A stretch of DNA of 64,000 nucleotides from Mobula hypostoma (lineage: Eukaryota). The stretch is from positions 27,530,001 through 27,594,000 of the forward strand of contig NC_086118.1 of NCBI RefSeq assembly GCF_963921235.1, read 5' to 3'. Position 1 is the first letter of the stretch; each line of letters opens with the position of its first letter. Positions 1 to 10,695 of the stretch are shown piece by piece. A model generated the notes under the pieces. That model was given only the letters and a program-made list of their open reading frames with translations. It had not been told where the DNA came from and ran no database searches. A program made the translations under genes and the position numbers.

Positions 1-428
1 ATTTTCATCATACAGCCAGTCCAATTTAAACCCTGGCAAAATCTAACTGGTCTGACTAATCTACCAGCATCCCACAAACCATCAGCAGGTTAGCAAGACT
101 TCCAAAGTCTGCAGTATTATCTGTTCACCCTGTGATTCTGCATCTCTCATACAGGGTCCTTTCTTTTAAATAACCTTTTTAAAGAAATGCACATCTGCTC
201 AGAAAGCCATATCTTGCTTGTAGTGCCAAAATGCAATGTTGAATCAGGTTTGTAGGTCTGGTGAATGAGATAGAAAATACGGACTGCGAATTAGAATATT
301 AATCATTCATTTACGAACAGTAAAAATTCGACCAAACATTCATGTTGCCCAAGCTACAGACACTACAAAGCTGAATATTCAACAAACATATATACATTCA
401 ACAAACTTACTTCGTTAAAAGCACATAC

Positions 429-457
429 CTTCCCAATGTCTTTGTGCACCACTTACC
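429..457 (-). CDS. Candidate 29-nt host exon (unidentified gene)
   Basis: Minus strand reads atctctctccccctttgtttaag|GGTAAGTGGTGCACAAAGACATTGGGAAG|gtatgt, i.e. polypyrimidine tract, AG acceptor and GT donor in non-repeat sequence. Open in two frames (GKWCTKTLG or VSGAQRHWE). Confidence 0.35.
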
Positions 458-638
458 CTTAAACAAAGGGGGAGAGAGATCAAGCCCCTTCCACATGCTA
501 TTCTATACCCAGGATATTTGAAACTGAACACCAGGCAGCTAACCAATGGGAAAGCAGCTGCAGTTTCTAAACTAGCCAACCACGGCAAGGTGACTTTTGA
601 CAGGCAAAATAAGCCATGCTCACCACAGTACACTCAGT

Positions 639-905
639 CAGCTCCACCATAGGCGCTAGCCTCCCCAAAATTCAGGACATCTTCAAGGAGTGATGCCTCA
701 AAAAATAACCATCCATCATTAAGGACCACTATCACCCAAGGCATGCCTGCTTCTCATTGCTACCATCAGGGAGGAGGTACCAGTGTGCCTGAAGGCATAC
801 ACTCAATGATTCAGGAATGCCTCCTTCCCTTCCACCATTAGATAGCTGAACCCATGAACACTACCTCACTATTTTTTCTTCTCTTCTTTTGCACTACTTA
901 TTTAA
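639..905 (+). mobile_element. Rex1/Babar-type LINE 3' fragment
   Basis: Decayed C-terminal motif FSLLPSGRRY followed by a T-rich 3' UTR. Confidence 0.7.
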
Positions 906-919
906 TTTGTACTGAAGAA

Positions 920-1720
920 GGGCCAACCAAAAGGCTTGAATGACTGCTGCGCAGAGGCCCTGACCTCACACATCATGAAGACCCTAGAGAAGCTGGTCCT
1001 AGGTCACCTCTGACCCCTGGTCAGGTCAACACTCGAATGCCTGCAGTCTGCCTACCAGAAGCACATTGGAGTCAACAATGCTGTCATCTACCTGCTGTAC
1101 AGAGCCTAGTCCCATTTGAATAAGCAGGGCAGCACTGTGAGGATCATGTTTTCTGATTTATCAAGTGCCTTCAATATCATGCAGCCTTGATTGTTGGGGC
1201 AAAAGCTCTGTGCAATGCAGGCTGGCATTTCCATTGTATGCTGGATAATGGGTTATCAGACTGGCAGACCACAGTTTGTGCGGCTTCAGAGCTGTGTGTC
1301 AGACATGGCTATAAGCAGCAATGGAGCCCCACAAAGGACTGTATTTGCTCCTTTCCTGTTTACCTCGGAATTTAGATACAACACAGAGTCATGTCATCCG
1401 TGGAAGTTCTCTGATGACTCAGCAATAGTTGGGTGTAAAAAGGGGGGATGGGAGGATGAATGCAGGGCTCTAGTGGAGGACTTTGTCAGATGGTGCAAGC
1501 TGAATCATCTGTAGCTGTGTGCAAGAAGGGCCAGAGTCGCCTCTACTTCCTGAGGAGACTGAGGTCCTTTGGAGTATGCAGGTCTCCCCTTCACATGTTC
1601 CACCACTCTGTTTTCGCAAGTACCAACTTCTATATGATGGTGTTCTGGGGCATGATGCCAACAGGCTCAATAAACTGATTAGAAAGGCAAGCACTGTTAT
1701 AGGAGTTAAATTGGACACAC
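920..1720 (+). mobile_element. Degenerate Rex1/Babar LINE reverse transcriptase fragment
   Basis: ALTSHIMKTLEKLVL, GAPQRTV, KFSDDSAIVGC and KKGQSRLYFLRRLRSF motifs with stops and frameshifts. Homologous to the copy at 38625-40668. Confidence 0.85.
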
Positions 1721-1859
1721 AGTTTGGGCAGGGACATTAAACACCGATCAATGATCACTTGTAAATAGCCTATTTTCGAGTTACTGAAATTGCCTTACTA
1801 AAATCTCCGCTAATCCGCATTCCAGTTAATTAGCAGCCTGAATTGTTGAACCAACGATG

Positions 1860-3370
1860 CATCCCAGCTTCCTCCTGAGATCTCCAACATTACAGAAGTC
1901 AGTTTTCAGTCAATTTGGTTCACTCTATTTGATGTCAAGATGCGACTAAAATTGCTGGATACAGCAAAGGCAATAGGACCACATGACAGCCTGGATGTAA
2001 CCAATTCTTAGTCAAACTTTACCAATAAAATGAAACACTGGCATCTATCTGATGATGAGGAATATTTCCCAAGTATGAATGTTTACAAAAACCTAATCTA
2101 ATTAACTACTATCCAATACTATCAGTTATTAACCAGTGATAGAATTTATCATTTTCATTGTTGTCAAGCAGCACTTAAAGCTATTCAGTATTGCACTGTA
2201 TGGTCTTGTCAAGACCATTCATTTCCAGACTTCATCATAGCCTTAGACCAAAACGTGGACCAAAGTTATAAATTTGAGAAGTGAGATGAATGTAATTGAC
2301 TTACTGGCCTTGATAAAAAGGAAACTTTTGACTCTGCAAGTGAAAACTAAATTAATGGACTTATGAAGAAAACTGCTGTACAGAAAGAAAGATGCCTGTG
2401 GTTGCCGGTGACCAATTATCTCTGTCCCAGAACATTCCTGCAAGAGTCCCAGAGAGCAGTATACTAGGCCCAATTATTTTCTGATGCTTCATCAATAAGT
2501 TTCCTTTCATCATAAGGTTGGGTGTGAGGAAGTTGTAAAAATTCAACTCCATTCACAACTCCTCAGTAGATGAAATAGTTCAACATTCAGGCATTGTCTG
2601 GTGTTTCAAATAACATTCAAGCCACAAATAACCAGCTTCAACATGAGAGAGGTCGCCGAACAACATAACACAGGATAGTGGTAGTAATGTAATTAATATT
2701 CAAAGGCTTTACTATTGCAATGCCCCTCATTATCAACATACATAGAGTTTTCATTAACCTGCAACTCAGCTCCATATATATTGGTTAGCATTATTCCTCA
2801 GAGGATGGGTACTCCACAGTAACGGATTCAATCCCTAACATGTATTGCAGATAGTGGAAAGTTTTTTTTTAATTTTAGGAACTTGTTGGAATTATCTTCA
2901 ATTGTCTAGATGACAGCAACTTGAACCTGCAGAAGAGAAGCTCAACACCATCCAGGGTAAATCCATTTGATCTCTCACCTACCACTGCAAGCGTTCATTC
3001 CTTCTACCATCAGTGACTGTGGTGCCCAGTTATTCACCAAGTCTATCCTGACAGCACATCTCTACCAGCAACCACAGACACACAAAAGAATAGGGTCTTC
3101 ATCAACTGGAGCTCCGAGAACTGCAGATTCTGTTTCAAGCCACATACCATCTTACCTTGGAAGTATATCACCATTCCTTCATCATCTTTGGATTGAACTA
3201 CTGGAGATCCTGACCTAACAGTACAGTTGAAGAAGCTTTTCCTAAAGGACCATAATGGTCCAATAAGATGGCTCACTATTGCCTTCACAAGAACAATTAC
3301 AAATGGTCAAATAGATGTTGATGCTACCGGTGATGCATACATAGGTCATGATAAATGCATGATTAACAAG
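1860..3370 (+). mobile_element. Ancient, highly decayed LINE RT remnant (CR1/L2 group)
   Basis: Residual LDTAKAIGP motif (about 1950-1980) and a GVPQGSILGP-like motif (about 2445-2490). No ORF remains. Confidence 0.5.
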
Positions 3371-3599
3371 TAAGTTCCTATGCAAATTATTAAAGGAAAG
3401 TGTCAAAATATGTATACTTATAACTGTAAACTTGGAAGATTTAAAATAACTTTTGGATGCAACTTGAAAATCACCCAACAGGTAAATTACCAGAAATTCC
3501 TAAGTGTGATGGCTTCATGCTGGAGACATAGCCAGACGCTAAGATATGGTTTTTGCCTTTAAGAGACATTTTTAAACTGGTTCGAAAATGCAGAATATG

Positions 3600-3770
3600 T
3601 ACATAAGACCATAAGATAAGACATAGGAGCAGAATTAGGCCATTCAACCCATTAAGTTTGCTTTGCCATTCCATTATGTCAATTCCAGATCACATTCAAC
3701 CCCATACACCCACCTCCTCGCCACATCCTTTGATGCCCTGACCGATCAGGAAAATGTGCTGAACTCATTT
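3600..3770 (-). mobile_element. CR1 3' tail fragment
   Basis: cataagac repeats plus ggagcagaattaggccattc, the reverse complement of the CR1 3' end also seen at about 30230-30268. Confidence 0.75.
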
Positions 3771-4143
3771 TGCACGTTGCCACCACACAACTGGTTACAT
3801 CAAGGTTGGGTGAAAACTAACAGTGCCATGGAAATGAACTCCAGGCCTTCTTGTTTTTAATATAATATAACAGTATTGTTCATAAAAGGATAGTACTTTG
3901 ATCGCTGACAATTACAGTAATGTTTGCTATTAATTTTGATATATGAGCATGTGAATTTTTAATTTTTCATGTCTGCCTCAGTAAATTTGCTTTTACTATT
4001 GTCTTTTCATTTATTTCTGCATCTTTGAAGCTTAAGTTTAAAGTATAGCAAGAAATAACAAGAAAGATAAAAGTCTGCCTGTAAAACTGTCCATAGAATA
4101 GATGAAAAGGAAAAGAAGAACGCAAGCAGATCCAAATACTTTA

Positions 4144-4183
4144 CAGGCGCGTGACGTAGCGTGCCAAGGTTTAAAAGCAGACC
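4144..4183 (+). promoter_or_regulatory. Putative CR1 5' promoter module (CRE/ATF-like GTGACGTAG plus TATA-like TTTAAAA)
   Basis: caggcgcgtgacgtag...gtttaaaagcagacc. The same module occurs at the 5' end of the divergent minus-strand CR1 (16171-16220). Confidence 0.5.
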
Positions 4184-4335
4184 ACCATATACAGCAGCCA
4201 TCGTTATAGTGGCCATCGTCAGAGTGGACTGAGTCAGAGTGGGACGGCTTTGGCTCAACAGGCTCCGGTGAGAACAGGCAGAGGCCAGGGTAGGTTCCGG
4301 TAAGTTTTTAGTTCAGATTGTTTAGAGTAGAGAGA

Positions 4336-5271
4336 ATGCCAGCCAGGATGTTGTAATGCTCCTCTTGCAGGATGTGGGAAGTTAGGGAGCCCTCCGGAGT
4401 CCCTGACAACGACACCTGCAAGAAGTGCATCCAGCTGCAGCTCCTAACAAACTGCATTAGGGAACTGGAACAGGAGCTGGATGACCTGCGGATCATTCGG
4501 GAGAATGAGGAGATTATAGATAGTAGCTATAGGGAGGTAGTTACACCAAAGGAACAGAGGACAGGAAATTGGGTCACTGTCAGGCAAGGGAAGAGGAAAG
4601 AGCAGGCAGAGCAGGGTTCCCCTGTGGCCATTCCCCTCAACAACGAGTATACCGCATTGGATACTGTTGGGGGGGATGACTTACCTGGGACAAGCTGCAG
4701 TAGCCGGATCTCTGGCACTGAGTCTGGCTCTGCAGTGCAGAAGGGAGGGTGTAAAAAGAGGAGAGCAGTGGTGATAGGGGACTCGATAGTTAGAGGTGCA
4801 GATAGGAGGTTCTGTGGTCGTGACAGAGAATCCAGGATGGTTTGTTGCCTCCCGGGTGCCAGGGTCAAGGATGTCTCTGATCGCTTGCATGATATTCTGA
4901 AGTGGGAGGGTGATCAGCCAGATGTCGTGGTGCACATCGGTACCAATGACATAGCAAGGAAGAGTGAAGAGGTCCTGGACAGTGAGTATATAGAGCTTGG
5001 TAGGAAGTTGAAAAGCAGGACCTCAAGGGTGGTAATCTCAGGATTGCTACCTGTGCTCCATGCCAGTGAGGGTAGGAATAGGATACTCTGGAGGATGAAC
5101 AAGTGGCTGAGGAACTGGTGTAGGGGGCAGGGTTTCAGATTTCAGGATCATTGGGACCTCTTCTGGGGCAGGTGGGACCTGTACAAGAGAGACGGGTTAC
5201 ACTTGAACTACAGGGGGACCAATATCCTTTCAGGGAGGTTTGTTAGTGCTACTGGGGAGGCTTTAAACTAG
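4336..5271 (+). pseudogene. CR1 ORF1: zinc finger, coiled coil and SGNH/GDSL esterase
   Basis: ATG at 4336 is in frame with the 299-aa ORF, with a single premature TAA at 4354. CSSC..CKKC, then VVIGDSIVRG, VHIGTND and DGLHLN esterase blocks. Confidence 0.9.
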
Positions 5272-8200
5272 ATTTACAGGGGGATGGGAACCAGAGTGCC
5301 AGAGCTGACAGTGTCGCTGGGGTGAAAATAAATGATGTTAGAAGTTCAAGCAAATCTGCTAATAGAAAGGTTGTGAGTGGTGGTAAAAATCTTCTGAGGT
5401 GTATATATTTCAAGGCTAGGAGTATTGTGGGGAAGGCGGATGAGTTGAGGGCGTGGATTGACACGTGGAATTATGACGTTATAGCAATTAGTGAAACTTG
5501 GCTACAAGAGGGTCAGGACTGGCAGCTTAATATTCCAGGGTTCTGATGTTTCAGATGTGATCGAGGCAGAGGAATGAAAGCTGGGGGAGTAGCATTGCTT
5601 ATTAGGGAAAATATTACAGCAGTACTCAGGCAGGACAGATTAGAGGGCTTGTCTACTGAGTCCTTATGGGTGGAGCTGAGAAACAGGAAAGGTATGGCCA
5701 CATTAGTGGGATTGTATTACAGACTACCCAATAGTCAACGAGAATTGGAACAGCAAATCTGCAGAGAGTTAGCAGGCAACTACAGGAAACATAAAGTTGT
5801 GGTGGTAGGGGTTTTTAATTTTCCATATATTGATTGGGACTCCCATACTGTTAGGGGTCTAGATGGTTTAGAGCTTGTAAAATGTGTTCAGGAAAGTTTT
5901 CTAAATCAATATATAGAGGGACCAACTAGAGGGGATGCAATATTGGATCTCCTGTTAGGAAACGAGTTAGGACAAGTGACGGAAGTCTGTGTAGGGGAGC
6001 ACTTTGGTTCCAGTGATCATAACACCATTAGTTTCAATTTGATCATGGACAAGGATAGATCGGTCCTAGGGTTGAGGTTCTGAACTGGAAGAAGGCCAAA
6101 TTTGAAGAAATGAGAAAGAATCTAAAAAGCGTGGATTGGGACAGGTTGTTCTCTGGCAAAGGTGTGATCGGTAGGTGGGAAGCCTTCAAAGGGGAAATTT
6201 TGAGAGTGTGGAGTTTGTATGTTCCTGTCAGGATTAAAGGCAAAGTGAATAGGAATAAGGAACCTTGGTTCTCAAGGGATATTGCAACTCTGATAAAGAA
6301 GAAGAGGGAGTTGTATGACATGTATAGGAAACAGGGAGTAAATAAGGTGCTTGAGGAGTATAAGAAGTGCAAGAAAATACTTAAGAAAGAAATCAGGAGG
6401 GCTAAAAGAAGACATGAGGTTGCCTTGGCAGTCAAAGTGAACGATAATCCAAAGAGCTTTTACAGGTATATTAAGAGCAAAAGGATTGTAAGGGATAAAA
6501 TTGGGCCTCTTGAAGATCAGAGTGGTCGGCTATGTGCGGAACCAAAGGAAGTGGGGGAGATCTTAAATAGGTTTTTTGCATCTGTATTTACTAAGGAAAC
6601 TGGTATGAAGTCTATGAAATTAAGGGAAACAAGTAGTGAGATCATGGAAACTGGACAGATTGAAAAGGAGGAGGTGCTTGCTGTTTTGAGGAAAATTAAA
6701 GTGGATAAATCCCCGGGACCTGACAGGGTGTTCCCTCGGACCTTGAAGGAGACTAGTGTTAAAATTGCAGGGGCCCTGGCAGAAATATTTAAAATGTCGT
6801 TGTCTACAGGTGAGGTGCCGGAGGATTGGAGAGTGGCTCATGTTGTTCCGTTGTTTAAAAAAGGATCGAAAAGTAATCCGGGAAATTATAGGCCGGTAAG
6901 TTTAACGTCGGGAGTAGGTAAGTTATTGGAGGGAGTACTAAGAGACAGAATCTACAAGCATTTGGATAGACAGGGACTTATTAGGGAGAGACAACATAGC
7001 TTTGTGCGTGGTAGGTCATGTTTGACCAATCGGTTGGAGTTTTTCGAGGAGGTTACCAGGAAAGTGGATGAAGGGAAGGCAGTGGATATTGTCTACATGG
7101 ACTTCAGTAAGGCCTTTGACAAGGTCCCGCATGGGAGGTTAGTTAGGAAAATTCAGTCGCTAGGTATACATGGAGAGGTGGTAAATTGGATTAGACATTG
7201 GCTCAATGGAAGAAGCCAAAGAGTGGTAGTAGAGAATTGCTTCTCCAAGTGGAGGCCTGTGACTAGTGGTGTGCCACAGGGATCAGTGCTGGGTCCATTG
7301 TTATTTGTCATCTGTATTAATGATCTGGATGATAATGTGGTAAATTGGATCAGCAAGTTTGCGGATGATACAAAGATTGGAGGTGTAGTAGACAGTGAGG
7401 AAGATTTTCAGAGCCTGCAGAGGGACTTGGACCAGCTGGAAAAATGGGCTGAAAAATGGCAGATGGAGTTTAATACAGACAACTGTGAGGTATTGCACGT
7501 TGGAAGGACAAATCAAGGTAGAACATACAGGGTTAATGGTAAGGCACTGAGGAGTGCAGTAGAACAGAGAGATCTGGGAATACAGATACAAAATTCCCTA
7601 AAAGTGGCGTCACAGGTAGATAGGGTCGTAAAGAGAGCTTTTGGTACATTGGCCTTTATTAATCAAAGTATTGAGTATAAGAGCTGGAATGTTATGATGA
7701 GGTTGTATAAGGCATTGGTGAGGCCGAAACTGGAGTATTGTGTTCAGTTTTGGTCACCATATTACAGGAAGGATATAAATAAGGTTGAAAGAATGCAGAG
7801 AAGGTTTACACGGATGTTGCTGGGACTTGAGAAACTCAGTTACAGAGAAAGGTTGAATAGGTTAGGACTTTATTCCCTGGAGCGTAGAAGAATGAGGGGA
7901 GATTTGACAGAGGTATATAAAATTATGATGGGTATAGATAGAGTGAATGCAAGCAGGCTTTTTCCACTGAGGCAAGGGGAGAAAAAAACCAGAGGACATG
8001 GGTTAAGGGTGAGGGGGGAAAAGTTTAAAGGGAACAGTGGGGGGGGGGCTTCTTCACACAGAGAGTGGTGGGAGTATGGAATGAGCTGCCAGACGAGGTG
8101 GTAAATGCGGGTTCTTTTTTAACATTTAAGAATAAATTGGACAGATACATGGATGGGAGGTGTATGGAGGGATATGGTCCGTGTGCAGGTCAGTGGGACT
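5262..8200 (+). pseudogene. CR1 ORF2: APE endonuclease and reverse transcriptase
   Basis: AISETWL, GGVALL, SDHN (EN); KSPGPD, NYRPVSLTS, DFSKAFDKV, GVPQGSVLGP, KFADD (RT). Stop at 5544, frameshifts near 6060 and in the G-run near 8040. Confidence 0.93.
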
Positions 8201-8649
8201 AGGCAGAAAATGGTTCGGCACAGCCAAGAAGGGCCAAAAGGCCTGTTTCTGTGCTGTAGTTTTTCAATGGTTTCTACGGTTTCTAAAAGGGAAATTGTAA
8301 TGAATAAGAGAAGAGCTGAGGTAGAGTGGCATGAAAAGTAATTGCTTGGTGCCAGTAAATGGACAAAAATGCAGGAAATAGTGCACAATTGATTTCTGGT
8401 CAAGATAGCGCTAGCAAACAATGATTCCTCAGGCAACATCTTCTGGATAGCAAATCTCTCCAATTATTTCACTTTTTCTACACCTTCCGCTTGTTCTTTT
8501 TGTCTTGTCTGTGTTACGGAAACCGTTGGAGCTTGTGATGTACAGTTTGGAACTTTATTGAAGGATCCAGCGCTAAGCTGGTTCGGGAGAGCTGCCTTGT
8601 TGGAATTAGAGATGGTGGTGGGGGGTGGGGGGGTGCGAAAAGGACCGAG

Positions 8650-9426
8650 AACACAAGCTGGCTCATGGAAAAGGCTAGAGATGAGGCACGGGGTCATGAG
8701 CAACACCATCTTGAAGCGGCAAGGAAGACTGCAGAAGATGTCAGCAATTGCTCCCAACAGAGACAGTCAGCAGCTGGATCGGTGCGTTTGGCGTCAGATC
8801 AGCTATGCTCAGACCTGGGGCGATGGTCACCCTTTATGGAAGGACTAAATTCATGTGGCTTCTCTGCTCATATGCGGATGAAAAGACGTTTCTGATATTC
8901 TGAGATTTATGTGATTATTGTACGGTACCTTATATTGGTTTCATTCAGCTTTTTGGTGTTTTCTTTCTTGTGGACGATTGCCGGGTGGGTGAGCTGTTAA
9001 TTTTTTGTGTGTGTGTGTGTGGGGGGGGGGGGGCGGTTGAGTGCTTGGGGCTACCGCCGCTGTTCATTTCTGCCAGTGAGAGGATTGGGATTGTTTTTGT
9101 CACTGTTCTTCTCTGCGAGTGAGGGGATTGGAATTGTTTTTTTCACTGTTCTTTTCAGTGAGTGAGGGGGTTGTGGATTTTATTGCTTCTGTTTTTATCT
9201 GCGAGTGAGGGAGGGTTATGGGCTGTTATTGTCACTGGGGAAGGGGGGATTTTGAGGTCTGCAAGTTTTGGTTTTTTTTCTTTCTAGTGCATTGCAGGGA
9301 AGGGAAGTTGATGTCTTCTCTTTAATCAACACCCATGGTCTTTCTGTATTTCATGACTATCTGGAGAAGACAAATATCAGAGTTGTATTGTACATGCATA
9401 CTCTGACAATAAAACGAACCTCTGAA
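8650..9426 (+). mobile_element. Non-coding retroelement (SINE-like or non-autonomous) with LINE-type 3' tail
   Basis: No convincing ORF. Ends ...gagttgtattgtacatgcatactctgacaataaaacgaacctctgaa, resembling the tails at 16590 and 20800. The 5' boundary is uncertain. Confidence 0.45.
9068..9240 (+). repeat. Degenerate tandem repeat, about 43-bp unit, 4 copies
   Basis: Repeated ctgcgagtgaggggattgg...ttgtcactgttct units, preceded by a (TG)n/G run at about 9007-9033. Confidence 0.75.
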
Positions 9427-9559
9427 GAACTAAGGTCCAGATGAGAATGAAGAATGTAAAGACTAATTGGTAAAGCAAGAAGCTGTAGTGCTGCTGTTTA
9501 AAAAGAAGTAGAGACTACAGAAACATTCCATATACTGGTCTTGACCTTCTAAAATTTCC

Positions 9560-10695
9560 CAGATTTTTTAAATTAGAGGTTAAATGATATAATCTCATTT
9601 TTCAAGAAAGGAGAAAGACACAAAATTACTAACAACAGATCAGTTAATCCAACACAATTAAATGTCAGAATATATTATTAAAAATAGGAGCCAAGATCAA
9701 CCTAGGATTTTATGAAAAAGAAATCATGTAATTAACAAATCAGTGAGAGCTTTATCAAGATTAAAACCAGCTGTGCAGTTATGATGGAACCAATAGATAT
9801 GGCTCACTCACATTTTTCAGTGGCAAGTGATAAACCTTCAGACAAAGCTGCTGTACAAGATTCAAAGATTTTGGTTGTTAACAGAAACTTCGATTAAAGA
9901 TTGATATATTGACAGAAAATGGATACGAGGAATAAATGGATGTCCTGTGCTTTGGCAAGTAGAATTTTTAAGGATCTGTACTTGAATCTTTAGCTATTTA
10001 CGTTCCCTGTCTAACATTAACTGAATTATAATTTATAGATAATTCCTCATGGTATCAAGTTCGCTGGGAAAGTTAACTCTGGGAAGGATGTATATCTATG
10101 TCCCTTAGCTCAAGATTATCAAAAAATGGAATGGGCAAGAATGCAAAGTTATCACTTTTGTAGGAAAAATAACAAGAGAAATATTTTGAGAGGTGTTGAA
10201 TATTGAAATTCTGAGATACATATATGTTGTAATTAACAATTAATTTTAAAGCACAGCACACAGTTAAGAAAACTGCAAATACCTGAAATCTGAATTAAAA
10301 ATGTAAAAAATGCTAGAAATGTTCAGCGGGTCAAGCGATCATCTGTAGCAAGTAAAGGAGCTGACATTTCAGGTTAAAGGAAAATGATTATTATTGCAAA
10401 AGATTTGCAGTATAAGGGCAAAGGGATGTCATACGATGTATATATCAAAATTTGGTGCTTTAATACCTGGGATGCAGTGTATAATTTCAACTTTCATTGC
10501 CAGGCATGGATAAACTTAGATGGACTACCAGTAAAGTTTTTTTGGACTAACTCCTAGTATGGTTAATTTTCTCAAGAGGAGCAATTAGGCTAAAATGCTT
10601 AGAGTTTAGAAGAATGAGAGATTATTTCATTTAACATGATAAATGTTGGGAAGTGTCCCAATGCTTATAATGTACAGGACAAGTAGGTCACTCAG
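9560..10695 (+). mobile_element. Old decayed CR1 ORF2, interrupted by a younger CR1; appears to continue at about 16375-16500
   Basis: FKKGE..N.RSVN-like and EFRRMR-like remnants. Contains a minus-oriented PLE terminus fragment at about 10265-10380. Confidence 0.6.

Larger units (their letters stand above)
4140..8285 (+). mobile_element. Near full-length CR1 LINE (5' UTR, ORF1 esterase, ORF2 EN-RT, 3' tail)
   Basis: Two ORFs as listed separately. 3' end gggccaaaaggcctgtttctgtgctgta plus short ggtttcta repeats. Only a few lesions. Confidence 0.95.
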
